Source: an uncultured Acidimicrobiia bacterium (GTDB lineage: Bacteria; Acidobacteriota; Terriglobia; Versatilivoradales; Versatilivoraceae). Taken from it: a stretch of DNA of 64,000 bases. The position numbers were made by a program, and so were the translations under genes. The stretch is taken from NCBI GenBank assembly GCA_963786955.1, contig CAWBAT010000005.1, forward strand, positions 896,001 to 960,000. Direction: 5' to 3'. The notes below the pieces were generated by a model. It made no database searches, was not told the DNA's origin, and saw only the letters and a list, made by a program, of their open reading frames with translations. Shown piece by piece: positions 9,441 to 19,811 of the stretch; positions within the stretch are counted from its first letter, which is position 1, and each line of letters begins with the position of its first letter.

Positions 9441-11131
9441 TCACTGGGCATGAATGTCTTTAAGGTTCAACTGGAGTGCCGTCATGCCCTGGTACGCATT
9501 AGAGGTGAGTGCGAACGCAAGAGAAACTCTACTCTTGTTCTGCAAGATCTGCGGATGACTCTCTGCGAAGTTCCAGCCTACGGCATCAAAGGACTTTCCA
9601 TCCTGTTCGACTCGAAATTTGAGGTGTTTCCCTTTCAAAACTCTTGGTTCTGCGATCACGGTGATGTCTCGAGCAGCCAAGATTGGCTGAGGGTTGGCGG
9701 TTCCGAAGGGTGAAAGGCATTCCATCTGCCGATAGATTTCATCGTCCAGATCTGAAAAGCGTAATTCCACATCAACGTCTAGCCGCGGCTGCAAATTCTT
9801 CTCATCGAGTACCTGCCTGGCGTATGCAGAAAGACGCTGACGCAGTTCGACGATGTGGTGCGTGGGTAACTGAAATCCTGCGGCTTGAGCATGTCCTCCA
9901 TACCGATCAAACAATTCGCGACAACTCTCTAACGCATTCAACAAATGAAATCCTTTGGGCGAACGCCCCGACCCATAACCCACGCCATTTTCCCGCGCAA
10001 TGACGATAGCAGGACGAGTATACCGTTCAGAAATCTTCGTGGCGACGATTCCAAGGACCCCCCGGTGCCAGGAGTCACCATCGATCACGATCATCCATTC
10101 CTTCGTCAGGTCCGGGGTTGCGTTGAACCGGTCATCAACCTCTTTGAGAATCTGTAATTCAATTTGTTGCCGGTCCCGATTGAGCCGATCCATTTCTCCG
10201 GCTAAATGCCTACTTCGTTCGGCATCCGTGCTGGAGAAAAGTTCAACGACCTGCCCCCCCCTCCCATCCGCCCAACGGCGTTAATGCGAGGGGCCAAACG
10301 ATATCCCACATCAAAACTCGTGATTGAGCGACAATCCAATCCGCAGACTTTAATCAAAGATTTCAATCCAAAATTCACCGGCGACCGCAATCCTTCTAAT
10401 CCGATCTTGGCAAAGACCCGATTCTCGCCAACCAAGGGAACCACATCAGCGATGGTTCCGAGAGCGACGATTTTTAGGAATGAGAGGAGATGCCTATCCA
10501 AGCCAGCCTTCATGAACAAGGCTTGCACAAGCTTAAACGCCACACCGACGCCGCAGAGGTTCTTGTCGGGATACCCGCAATCAACCCGATTGGGATTAAG
10601 AACCGCCAGGGCTCTGGGTAATCCATGATCCGGAAGATGATGGTCCGTAATGATACAGTCGATCCCAAGGGCATTGGCAGTCTCCACGACTTCAAAGGCT
10701 TTGATCCCGGTATCCACACTAATAATGAGTCGAACCCCATCGAGCGCAGCTTGTCTGACAACTTGCGAATTCATCCCGTAGCCATCCAGGAATCGTCGTG
10801 GAATGTGGTAGGAAATCTCCGCACCCAGCATTTCCAACGCTTTTCTTAATATGACCACGGCTGTCGTCCCATCGACGTCATAATCGCCATAGATGAGAAT
10901 TTTCTCTTTTGCTTCCTTTCCAGCGAAAATACGGTCCACCGCCACCGACATATCCCGCATCAAAAAAGGATCTCCAAGGAACTCCATCTTAGGGTGGAGA
11001 AAGCGGAATCCCTCTTCCGAATCCCTAATTCCCCGGTTGGCCAGGAGGGTCGCAATCGTTCCTGAAATATCAAGAGAGCGAGCCAGGTCCCTCACTAGTG
11101 CCGGGTCTGGCTTGGCGATTATCCAGTCCAT
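9441..11131 (-). CDS. recJ: ssDNA exonuclease RecJ, split by a 1-nt frameshift in a G8 run at 10254-10261 (probable sequencing error)
   Basis: IYGDYDVDG, ITDHH, LGTIADVVPL and APRINAVGRM in 10202..11131. WHRGVLGIVA, GSGRS and GGHAQAAG in 9441..10193. Adding one G joins the frames (GRMGGGG-QVVELF). Confidence 0.93.
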
Positions 11132-11219
11132 AGGTCTATTATTCCGCTCTCGTTCTCAAGAAATCCCGTCCAATCTTCTAATCTATAACCATGGAACCTC
11201 TCTATTCAACTGCAAATCA

Positions 11220-11247
11220 GTAAGTTTAACGTTTACTTAGCCGATAC
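11220..11247 (+). promoter_or_regulatory. Putative sigma-28 (FliA) promoter for the diguanylate cyclase
   Basis: GTAAGTTT-N12-GCCGATAC versus consensus TAAAGTTT-N11-GCCGATAA. Intergenic and oriented toward 11386. Confidence 0.5.
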
Positions 11248-11385
11248 ACTAAGTGTAAATGGGATGAATTCCTCCGTAGCGAGTCGATGAGGCAGTACAA
11301 TAGGGGTGGAAATCTTCGTCCCGAAATCTCCAATTGAATGATGACTATGTACTTGAAAGATAATTTTGATTAATATCTGCAGAAA

Positions 11386-12423
11386 ATGATAACGCAAGAT
11401 CAGATCAAGGAATTAGAAAAGAAAATAGAGGAGCTCTCTATTTTCCAGCAGGTCGGCAAAGCTTTGACCTCGACTCTTGACCTGCAAGAAGTCCTCAGTT
11501 TAATCATGGGGAAAATCAGCGAATTGCTGAAACCGAGTAATTGGTCTTTGCTGTTGATCGATGACAAGAAGAAAGAACTTCAACTCCAGATTGCTATTGG
11601 TAAGGATTCCAGTAAAATTACGGATTTTCGGATCCGAATTGGGGAAGGACTCACTGGATGGGTCGCACAGGTCGGTGAGTCTGTCATCGTTCCAGATGTA
11701 ACCCAAGATCCGCGATTTTCTCCCGAAATCGATGGGGCGATATACAGCAATGTGCGGTCCATTGCCTGCGTTCCGCTCAAAAGCAAGGAAAGAACCTTGG
11801 GCGTCATTCAACTAGTCAATTGCTTTGAAGACACTTTCCCCAACGAAGATCTTTCGATACTAAAATCGCTGGCGGATTATGCGGCCATCGCCATCGAAAA
11901 TGCCATGTACGTGAAGCGTATTCAGGAACTCACGATTACGGACGACTGTACAAATCTTTATAACTCACGTTATTTTAATTACATGATTGATGCGGAACTG
12001 AGCCGCTCGAAGCGCTATAATTATGAGTTTGCGGTGGTTTTTTTTGACCTGGATCGTTTTAAGGCAGTCAACGACACTTATGGACACTTATGCGGAAGTC
12101 GCTTGTTAAGGGAAATTGGCGATCTGGCTAAACAGAATCTTAGAGACATTGATACGGCCTATCGGTACGGGGGTGACGAATTCATCATACTCTTGCCGCA
12201 GACCTCGAAGGATGCCGCGATACTCGTGGCAAAACGCCTCTGCGCTCTCCTGAACCGCACGTCCTTTCAAATTGAAGCAAGTATATCGGTGACGGTAACG
12301 GCGAGCTTTGGGGTGGCTTCATTCCCCATGGATGCCGCGTCGAAGGTTGAACTCGTGCAACTTGCCGATCAGGCGATGTATCGAGTAAAAAATGCCACCC
12401 GCAACGGCGTGGAAGCCTCGTAG
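11386..12423 (+). CDS. GAF-domain sensor diguanylate cyclase
   Basis: GAF (GEGLTGWVA...SIACVPL), DLDRFKAVNDTYGH, I-site RDID five residues before an intact GGDEF. Confidence 0.93.
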   Translation: MITQDQIKELEKKIEELSIFQQVGKALTSTLDLQEVLSLIMGKISELLKPSNWSLLLIDDKKKELQLQIAIGKDSSKITDFRIRIGEGLTGWVAQVGESVIVPDVTQDPRFSPEIDGAIYSNVRSIACVPLKSKERTLGVIQLVNCFEDTFPNEDLSILKSLADYAAIAIENAMYVKRIQELTITDDCTNLYNSRYFNYMIDAELSRSKRYNYEFAVVFFDLDRFKAVNDTYGHLCGSRLLREIGDLAKQNLRDIDTAYRYGGDEFIILLPQTSKDAAILVAKRLCALLNRTSFQIEASISVTVTASFGVASFPMDAASKVELVQLADQAMYRVKNATRNGVEAS

Positions 12424-12500
12424 GACTCCAGCCAACTGCCAATTCTTGTGCTCAGCCCATCCCGCTTTAGAGATTGTACTGACAGGCCCCGAGATCTCAA

Positions 12501-13406
12501 ATGAGCAACAGACACGCAAATTCTGAAAACTGTCACCACCAAGCCCAGCGCTCTTCCCTACAGATTGCACTCATCCTGACCGGGGTTTTCATGATCGTGG
12601 AGTTTCTGGGGGGACTGCTGACCAATAGTTTGGCACTTCTGGCGGATGCGGGTCATATGCTTACCGATGTCGCCGCCTTGGGTCTGAGCCTCTTTGCGCT
12701 GGAATTTTCAAAACGGCCGGCTACAGCAGCCAAGACCTACGGTTTTCACCGGGTCGAGATTCTTGCGGCCCTGTTAAATGGCGTTACTCTCCTCGTGATC
12801 TCTTTGTGGATCGTTTACAAGGCCTACTTCCGCCTCTTCAACCCTCCCGAAATCGATAGTGGGGTGATGTTAATTGTAGCGGTAACCGGCTTAGCCGTGA
12901 ATTTGGCGAGTGCCCATTTCCTTCACCAATCTCAGACCTCAAACTTAAACATCAGTGGAGCGCTTTTCCATGTGCTGGGAGACGCTTTAGGATCGGTCGC
13001 AGCCATCATTGCGGGTGTGTTGATGCTGGCAAAACATTGGTATCTTGCGGACCCCGTCATCAGCATTCTAGTGGCGATTCTCATCCTTTATAGTTCTTGG
13101 CTGCTCTTGCGGGATTCTGTCGATATCCTGCTCGAAGGAACACCGGTCCATATCAACTTAAAAGAAATCCATGAATCTCTCTGTAACGTAGACGGTGTCG
13201 ACTCCATTCACGATCTGCATGTTTGGACCTTGACGTCAGGGTTACATGCCATGAGCTGCCATGCAGTCCTATGTGGGCATCCAGATCATCATGAAGTCTT
13301 AGAGAAACTCAGCCAAATCGTCCGACATCAATTTAAAATCGAACACACCACGATTCAGCTGGAAGTGGTAAACCTTCAACATCAGGAGCTACACAATTGT
13401 CACTGA
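12501..13406 (+). CDS. Cation diffusion facilitator (CzcD/ZitB-like Zn/Co/Cd efflux)
   Basis: SLALLADAGHMLTD, TYGFHRVEILAAL, HVLGD, HDLHVWTL, HTTIQLE; His-rich termini. Confidence 0.93.
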   Translation: MSNRHANSENCHHQAQRSSLQIALILTGVFMIVEFLGGLLTNSLALLADAGHMLTDVAALGLSLFALEFSKRPATAAKTYGFHRVEILAALLNGVTLLVISLWIVYKAYFRLFNPPEIDSGVMLIVAVTGLAVNLASAHFLHQSQTSNLNISGALFHVLGDALGSVAAIIAGVLMLAKHWYLADPVISILVAILILYSSWLLLRDSVDILLEGTPVHINLKEIHESLCNVDGVDSIHDLHVWTLTSGLHAMSCHAVLCGHPDHHEVLEKLSQIVRHQFKIEHTTIQLEVVNLQHQELHNCH

Positions 13407-13506
13407 GATTGACGAGAATTGATTAAGTCTAACAATATCTGCATTTTGTGACGCAACGAAGCACCCCCTCCGTTTGATCTCCCACGCTAGGTCCTAAAGA
13501 TAATGG

Positions 13507-13536
13507 TTGACTCAAGTTGCCATTGGGTTTTATATT
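13507..13536 (+). promoter_or_regulatory. Putative sigma-70 promoter of the mutS2-dnaG-rpoD unit
   Basis: TTGACT-N18-TATATT, about 40 nt before the mutS2 ATG. Confidence 0.45.
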
Positions 13537-13575
13537 AAGAGGTTTCCGAATTCTTCCGCCTGAACCCCGCCCGAG

Positions 13576-15978
13576 ATGAACTTAGCAGATCTGGAAATTC
13601 TTGATTACTCCGCTTTGAAACAGCATCTATGTCGGCTGGCGGACTCACCATGCGGGAGCCTGCAGATAGAGCGATTGCTACCCTTCGGCAGCCAACCAGA
13701 AATCGTTCGAGAATACGAGACTGTGCAGGAATACCTTCATCTGTTTGATAAAGGCTTGAGTTTCAATTTCAAAGGACTGACACGATCCGAAGCGATTTTC
13801 GAGAAGCTCCTGATAGAAGATCTGATCCTTTCTCCGGCGGAGATTCTTGAAATATTGAATCAGTTGAACCATATTCAATCGACAAGAAATTTACTTCATT
13901 CACTCGACCAGGAAACTCCCTGGCTCGCTGCCATTGGCAAAAACATGGCAGACTTGTCGGATCTGTTCAAGTTCTTACAAGGAAAGATCAGCGCAGAGGG
14001 TCAACTGGAAGACAACGCCAGCGCTGGACTGAAGAAGATTCGCAATGATTTGATCCGAGTTCGAAGTCGCCTTACTCGATCGCTCGAACAGTTGCTTAAG
14101 AGACTCCACTCAGAACGCACGATTCAGGATGATGTGATCACGATCCGAAATGAGCGTTTTGTCATCCCCGTCCGGGTTGAAAGTCGTAAGGAAATAGCTG
14201 GAGTCGTGCATGGCACGAGTTCCAGTGGGGCCACTCTTTTTCTGGAACCCTTAGAAACCCTCGACCTGAATAATGAGTTCGTAGGGCTGAGAGACCAGGA
14301 GCAGGAAGAGATCCGAAAGGTTCTCCATTATTTGACTCAATGCATTCGGCAAAGGCTGGAAGAACTTCGTTCGGCGGTTGAACAGCTTGGCTACTTGGAC
14401 TTCGTTGCGGCAAAGGGCCGGTTTGCCCGGCGATTCCAGGCGGTGATTCCGGAAATAAATGAAGAAGGCGTGCTGAGAATTGACAATGGACGACATCCGA
14501 TCTTAGAGATGACCTTAACGGGCACATCCAGCAGCGTTGTTCCCATTACTGTAAACTTGGACTCGAGTAAGCGGGTCCTGGTGATTAGTGGACCGAACAC
14601 GGGCGGGAAATCGGTCGCTCTCAAAACCGTTGGATTGCTCACTTTGATGGCGCTATCGGCAATCCCGGTTCCAGCAACCGCTGCAAACATATGCGTTTTT
14701 AAGCAGGTCTGCGCGGACATCGGCGACCGGCAGTCCATCTCGGAGAGCCTGAGCACTTTTTCATCGCATTTGCTCAACATTCGGGGGATCCTCGAGCAGG
14801 CTTGTGCCCCTGCACTAGTCCTTCTGGATGAGTTAGGAACAGGGACCGATCCCGCCGAGGGGTCCGCTCTGGGGGTTGCGATTGTCGAACGTCTTAGAGA
14901 AAATGGAATCACGACCATTGTCACCACTCACCACAATGGCCTCAAGATGTACGCCGCAATGACCTCTGGAGTCAGCAATGCCTGTATGGAGTTCGATCCA
15001 AAGACGTTGCGACCGACCTATCATTTGATTCAAGGAATTCCGGGAAACAGCAGTGGGATTGATATTGCGGACAATTTGGGATTGGACCCCTCTCTTGTCG
15101 CGCATGCCCGTAGACTCATCACAGATAAGGAAAGGCAGATCACTCTGTATTCGCAACATCTGATGGAGGAAATTAGCCGATCATCGAGAATCGGATTATC
15201 GCTCCAGAAAGAGCGCGAAAGTCTTGCGATTGCGAAGAAAATGCTTGAGGCCGAACACCGTCAGATCGAAGAGCAACAACGACGGGAACTCGAAATGATC
15301 AAAGAAAGTGCCCTCGCTCAATTTGAAAAAGAGACCCATAAACTCCTGGTCGATATCCAGGATAAGTACGTTGCTGTTCGAGCGCGACGAGAGCTTGAGA
15401 ACAAGGGTTCGAAAGTGCGAAGAAATCTAGAGAGCACATTAGAAACTTATCATGAACAAAAACCTACAGCCTCTGCAGCCCGCACCACGACTCTGCTGGC
15501 TGAAGCGTCGATGAGTTTTCAAGCTGGTGACAAAGTACGGGTGGCAAGATATGGCCAACCGGGCGTGGTTCTGGCTGCGGCTGGAAACGCCAAATGGGAA
15601 GTGGTGATCGGTAATTTCAAATGTTTGCTCGATCCATCGGAAATGGAAATTCTCGAATCATCCAGCAAAAGTTTAACAAAGCAACCAGTCGTTGACCCCC
15701 AGATACGGTTAAATCTTCAGAGTTCGGAGTTGTGCTCGAATGAGATTAATGTGATCGGCTGTTCAGTGGACGAAGCTATTCAGCGGGTAGACAAATTCTT
15801 GGACAACGCATTTTTGTCATCAATTCCGGAAGTCCGTCTTATCCATGGGGCCGGAATGGGAGTTCTTCGCCGGGCATTATCGGAATGGCTCCCGAAACAG
15901 GCCTATGTGAATGAGATTCACCCCGCCACCGCCAGCCAAGGGGGAACCGGCGTGACGATTGTCACCCTTAAAATTTGA
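13576..15978 (+). CDS. mutS2: Endonuclease MutS2 (ATPase + KOW + Smr)
   Basis: ISGPNTGGKS, DIGDRQSISESLSTFSSH, LLDELGTGTDP, KOW-like FQAGDKVRV, Smr IHGAGMGVLR...GGTGVT. Confidence 0.95.
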   Translation: MNLADLEILDYSALKQHLCRLADSPCGSLQIERLLPFGSQPEIVREYETVQEYLHLFDKGLSFNFKGLTRSEAIFEKLLIEDLILSPAEILEILNQLNHIQSTRNLLHSLDQETPWLAAIGKNMADLSDLFKFLQGKISAEGQLEDNASAGLKKIRNDLIRVRSRLTRSLEQLLKRLHSERTIQDDVITIRNERFVIPVRVESRKEIAGVVHGTSSSGATLFLEPLETLDLNNEFVGLRDQEQEEIRKVLHYLTQCIRQRLEELRSAVEQLGYLDFVAAKGRFARRFQAVIPEINEEGVLRIDNGRHPILEMTLTGTSSSVVPITVNLDSSKRVLVISGPNTGGKSVALKTVGLLTLMALSAIPVPATAANICVFKQVCADIGDRQSISESLSTFSSHLLNIRGILEQACAPALVLLDELGTGTDPAEGSALGVAIVERLRENGITTIVTTHHNGLKMYAAMTSGVSNACMEFDPKTLRPTYHLIQGIPGNSSGIDIADNLGLDPSLVAHARRLITDKERQITLYSQHLMEEISRSSRIGLSLQKERESLAIAKKMLEAEHRQIEEQQRRELEMIKESALAQFEKETHKLLVDIQDKYVAVRARRELENKGSKVRRNLESTLETYHEQKPTASAARTTTLLAEASMSFQAGDKVRVARYGQPGVVLAAAGNAKWEVVIGNFKCLLDPSEMEILESSSKSLTKQPVVDPQIRLNLQSSELCSNEINVIGCSVDEAIQRVDKFLDNAFLSSIPEVRLIHGAGMGVLRRALSEWLPKQAYVNEIHPATASQGGTGVTIVTLKI

Positions 15979-17735
15979 GCCAAATGAATCCAAATAGCGA
16001 ATTCCTCGACCAAGTCAAGCGCGCTGCAGACATCGTGCAAGTCATCCAGGGATACGTCCGTTTGAAAAAATCAGGGGCAAACTTTCTGGGACTGTGTCCT
16101 TTCCATTCGGAAAAGACGCCTTCGTTTCATGTGCGACAAAATCCCCCCTACTATTATTGTTTTGGTTGTCAGGCCAAGGGTGACGTCATCAACTTCATCC
16201 AGGTCATAGAAAGGGCCACTTTCCCGGAAGCCCTCAGACTTCTGGCGGAGAAATTTGGGATCCCGATTCCCCAGCGAGAGTTTCCCGGGCAAATAGACGA
16301 GAGGGTCAAAGAGAAGAACCTCCTCCTCGAGATCCATGAAAAGGCAGCCAAACTTTTTCGCGAACAATTGCATCACGGGCAGGATGGCAAAAAGGCGCTG
16401 AACTATTTGGTTCAACGAGGGCTCCAGGAAAAGACGTTGAATCAGTTCCTTCTTGGCTATTCGTCCAGTACAGCAAACACGCTGTATCGTAAACTCGGTC
16501 CGCATTTTTCGAAGAAATCCCTCCTGGAGAGTGGTTTGATACAGGAAAGTGATTCCGACAACCGCTCTTTCGACAGGTTCCGGCGTCGAATCATTTTTCC
16601 CATCTGCAATGAATCGGGAAAAGTCATTGCGTTTGGCGGAAGGATATTAGGAGAAGGGCAACCTAAATATTTGAACTCTCCGGAAACCCCGATATATTCA
16701 AAGAGTAGAACCCTCTACGCAATGGATCAGGCTCGTGAGTCTATTCGGCGCAAAGGCTTTGCGGTTTTGGTAGAAGGATATATGGATTGCATTGCCTTGC
16801 ATCAAGGGGGGATACAGAACGGGATCGCCTCGTGTGGCACTAGCCTAACAGAACAACAGGCGAAACTACTGCTTCGATTCACCGACCGAATCGTTGTCAA
16901 TTTCGACCCCGATTTGGCGGGTGCCAATGCAGCGGTTCGCTCCTTGGGGATTTTGGTAGAGAATGGATTTAACATAAGAGTTTTAACGCTTCCAGGAGGA
17001 GATGACCCGGATTCCTTCATAAATACAAAGGGCGTTGAGAGCTATGTGAAGCTATTAGACGGGGCTCCCAACTATATGGACTATCTCATCAATAAGGCCC
17101 GAAGCGAGCATGACGTAAGTACGGTTGAAGGAAAAATTGCCGCTGTAAACCGAATTTTGCCGTTCGTCTCGCTGATTTCAAACCGTTTGGAGCGGGCGGA
17201 GCAGGCAAAACATGTGGCTGAAAGTTTTCAGGTAGAAGAATCGGTCATAAGGGAGGAACTAAAAAAGGGGATCAATTCAAGAAGTGCAAAATTCGAAATT
17301 AAGCCATCAAGACTTGGAACAGCTCCTTCCCCATCAGAGAAAAATCTGATAAAAGCCATTGTAAGCAATGAGAGGAATGCAGGGGATATTATTCGGGAGC
17401 TTTCTGCTACTCAAAATCATATCGGCCTTCAGTCTGAAGGCATCTTTAGGGAGGCAATTGCACTCTTTAGTGAAGAGGGGAAGATTGATCCGAACCGTCT
17501 TCAAGAGCGTCTACTCAGCGAGCGGGACAGGAATATACTTAATCAAGCCCTTTTTAATGATTTAGATACAGACCAATCTCTCGAGTCTTTAGAGGGAATT
17601 CGGCGCCAACAAATGCGTCAACAGATTGACGAACTTCAGATGAAGATAAGGCAGGCCGAACTTTCCCAGAATTTCGATTTGTTGACGAAATTACACACCG
17701 AGAAATTGGCTCTCAAACGGCAGATTGCAAGCTGA
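15975..17735 (+). CDS. dnaG: DNA primase
   Basis: Zn finger CPFHSEKTPSF...YYCFGC, FGGR, KYLNSPET, TOPRIM VEGYMD and DPD. TTG start overlaps the mutS2 stop; alternative ATG at 15984. Confidence 0.97.
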   Translation: MSQMNPNSEFLDQVKRAADIVQVIQGYVRLKKSGANFLGLCPFHSEKTPSFHVRQNPPYYYCFGCQAKGDVINFIQVIERATFPEALRLLAEKFGIPIPQREFPGQIDERVKEKNLLLEIHEKAAKLFREQLHHGQDGKKALNYLVQRGLQEKTLNQFLLGYSSSTANTLYRKLGPHFSKKSLLESGLIQESDSDNRSFDRFRRRIIFPICNESGKVIAFGGRILGEGQPKYLNSPETPIYSKSRTLYAMDQARESIRRKGFAVLVEGYMDCIALHQGGIQNGIASCGTSLTEQQAKLLLRFTDRIVVNFDPDLAGANAAVRSLGILVENGFNIRVLTLPGGDDPDSFINTKGVESYVKLLDGAPNYMDYLINKARSEHDVSTVEGKIAAVNRILPFVSLISNRLERAEQAKHVAESFQVEESVIREELKKGINSRSAKFEIKPSRLGTAPSPSEKNLIKAIVSNERNAGDIIRELSATQNHIGLQSEGIFREAIALFSEEGKIDPNRLQERLLSERDRNILNQALFNDLDTDQSLESLEGIRRQQMRQQIDELQMKIRQAELSQNFDLLTKLHTEKLALKRQIAS

Positions 17736-17821
17736 TCTTTTTTCGGCCATTCGAAAGAGCTTGCGCAGCCTCAAAATTAATTTAAGTTTCTTATTTCTAA
17801 CAAGATAAAGAAGGATAAATC

Positions 17822-19564
17822 ATGTCAAATATTGATGATAATGATGGATTGGAAAATTTGGACAGCCCTCTGAGTTTAACCCTTGACGACAAGTACGATG
17901 AAGTGAAGCAACTGATCGACATCGGCAAGGAAAAGGGATACCTGCTCTATGACGAGGTCAACGATTTGCTCCCCGGAGACGTGACTTCGGCGGATGACAT
18001 GGATGACATGTTCTCCATTTTTCGGCGGCAGGGCATTGATGTCCTCGAGGGTGAGCCCAAGGTTGCTGGACCCGAAAAAACTAATCTCGAAAAGGAAACT
18101 CCGGAAGACGTCGAACTCGATTTGACTCCCGGCGCGCTGGATAAAACCAATGACCCCGTACGCCTCTATCTCCGCGAAATGGGAACGGTTCCATTGTTGA
18201 CTCGTGAGGGGGAAGTTGAAATCGCGAAACGGATTGAACGGGGACAGTTAAATGTGCTTAAAGCAATGTCACGCTCTCCCATTGTGATTAAGGAGATTAT
18301 CAACCTGGGTGCGCAATTACAGCGAGGCGAGCGGTCCATCAACGATGTCATTGTCTTCAGTGAGGATCTGGTAGCCGAAGAAAAAGTGGAGGATCGTCTG
18401 AAGGAAACAGTGCAAACTATCGAAGAGATCCAGAAGATGTTCAAAAAGCACAGTCAGTTGCTGCACAAGTTTCTTGCCACTCCGAGAACCAAGCAACCTC
18501 GGATTCACCGCAAATTGAAATTCTCCGTGGCCAGACAACGAATCATGATCTCGCGTGCGATTCGGGCCATGGATTTTACCTATTCAGAGCGGAACAGGCT
18601 GATCGATCAAATCCGGCGTCAGTATGAGGCGTATCGTCCACTGGAGCGAGAGTGGAACCGTTTGGAGAAGAAGATTGAACACTCCAAAGGTAAGAATGTG
18701 AACTTGTTGAGACGCGACCTTCGCACAATTAGAGAAAAGATTACCACTATCGAGGGAGAATCCCAGACCAAAGGGATCGACTTGAAGAGAACACTTCAAA
18801 CGATAGACCGCGGAGATACTGAAGCCAAAGAGGCCAAGCGGGAGCTGGTGGAAGCCAATCTTCGATTAGTCGTCTCGATCGCCAAAAAGTACACGAACCG
18901 GGGGCTGCAATTTTTGGACTTGATTCAAGAGGGGAACATCGGATTAATGAAGGCGGTGGACAAATTCGAATATCGCCGGGGGTATAAATTTTCTACTTAC
19001 GCAACCTGGTGGATTCGTCAGGCCATCACACGAGCCATTGCTGATCAGGCGCGGACCATCCGAATCCCGGTTCATATGATTGAAACCATCAACAAGCTGA
19101 TTCGCACCTCCCGCAGCCTCGTTCAGGAATTGGGTCGCGAGCCCACTTCAGAGGAAATCGCGGTCCGAATGGATATTCCAGTTCAAAAGGTACGCAAAGT
19201 TTTCAAAATTGCTCAAGAACCCATCTCTCTGGAAACCCCCATCGGCGAAGAGGAAGATTCTCATCTCGGGGATTTCATCGAGGATCGCCAAGTGGTTTCA
19301 CCGGCCGAAGCAGTCATTAACATTAACCTCAAGGAGATGACGGAATCTGTTTTGAAAACCTTGACGCCGCGCGAAGAGAAGGTAATTAAGATGCGATTCG
19401 GTCTTGACAACGGCAGTGATCACACCTTGGAAGAAGTCGGGCAGAACTTCGCTGTAACCCGAGAGCGTATTCGCCAAATTGAAGCCAAAGCTTTGCGCAA
19501 GCTTCGTCATCCTTCCCGAAGCCGCAAGTTGCGGCCGTTTCTGGATGGCACGACACAAGACTGA
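17822..19564 (+). CDS. rpoD: Primary sigma factor sigma-70
   Basis: [59 protein letters not shown]. Confidence 0.98.
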   Translation: MSNIDDNDGLENLDSPLSLTLDDKYDEVKQLIDIGKEKGYLLYDEVNDLLPGDVTSADDMDDMFSIFRRQGIDVLEGEPKVAGPEKTNLEKETPEDVELDLTPGALDKTNDPVRLYLREMGTVPLLTREGEVEIAKRIERGQLNVLKAMSRSPIVIKEIINLGAQLQRGERSINDVIVFSEDLVAEEKVEDRLKETVQTIEEIQKMFKKHSQLLHKFLATPRTKQPRIHRKLKFSVARQRIMISRAIRAMDFTYSERNRLIDQIRRQYEAYRPLEREWNRLEKKIEHSKGKNVNLLRRDLRTIREKITTIEGESQTKGIDLKRTLQTIDRGDTEAKEAKRELVEANLRLVVSIAKKYTNRGLQFLDLIQEGNIGLMKAVDKFEYRRGYKFSTYATWWIRQAITRAIADQARTIRIPVHMIETINKLIRTSRSLVQELGREPTSEEIAVRMDIPVQKVRKVFKIAQEPISLETPIGEEEDSHLGDFIEDRQVVSPAEAVININLKEMTESVLKTLTPREEKVIKMRFGLDNGSDHTLEEVGQNFAVTRERIRQIEAKALRKLRHPSRSRKLRPFLDGTTQD

Positions 19565-19811
19565 AATAACAGTTTGGCGCTCTCACATGCGGACGATGGA
19601 GAATTCCCGGGGGTGAGGGCGCTGGGCTGCAGTGGAAGCCCTTTCCTCCATCCTCAATCTGTTCTCCCCGTTTGGTATCCTTTCGAAACAGCATCCCCCT
19701 TAGAAGAGACCTCTACCAGAGGAAGTCTTCAGGAGAACAACTTTTGACTGAACTGAAAAAGCAGGCGAGAGAGGGGCTGAAGTCGAATCGTCTAGGAAGA
19801 TCCAGGAAGAA

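Noticed and set aside
17745-17775. CCATTCGAAAGAG...CGCAGCCTC before rpoD resembles part of a c-di-GMP-I riboswitch
   Set aside because: The stem around GAAA does not close, the upstream GGCAAA and downstream P2 elements are missing, and the spacer is only 86 nt.
17783-17807. Loose TAAGT-N15-(A/T)NNT(A/G) motif, also seen near 13424 and 61915
   Set aside because: Too degenerate in AT-rich spacers to distinguish from chance by eye.
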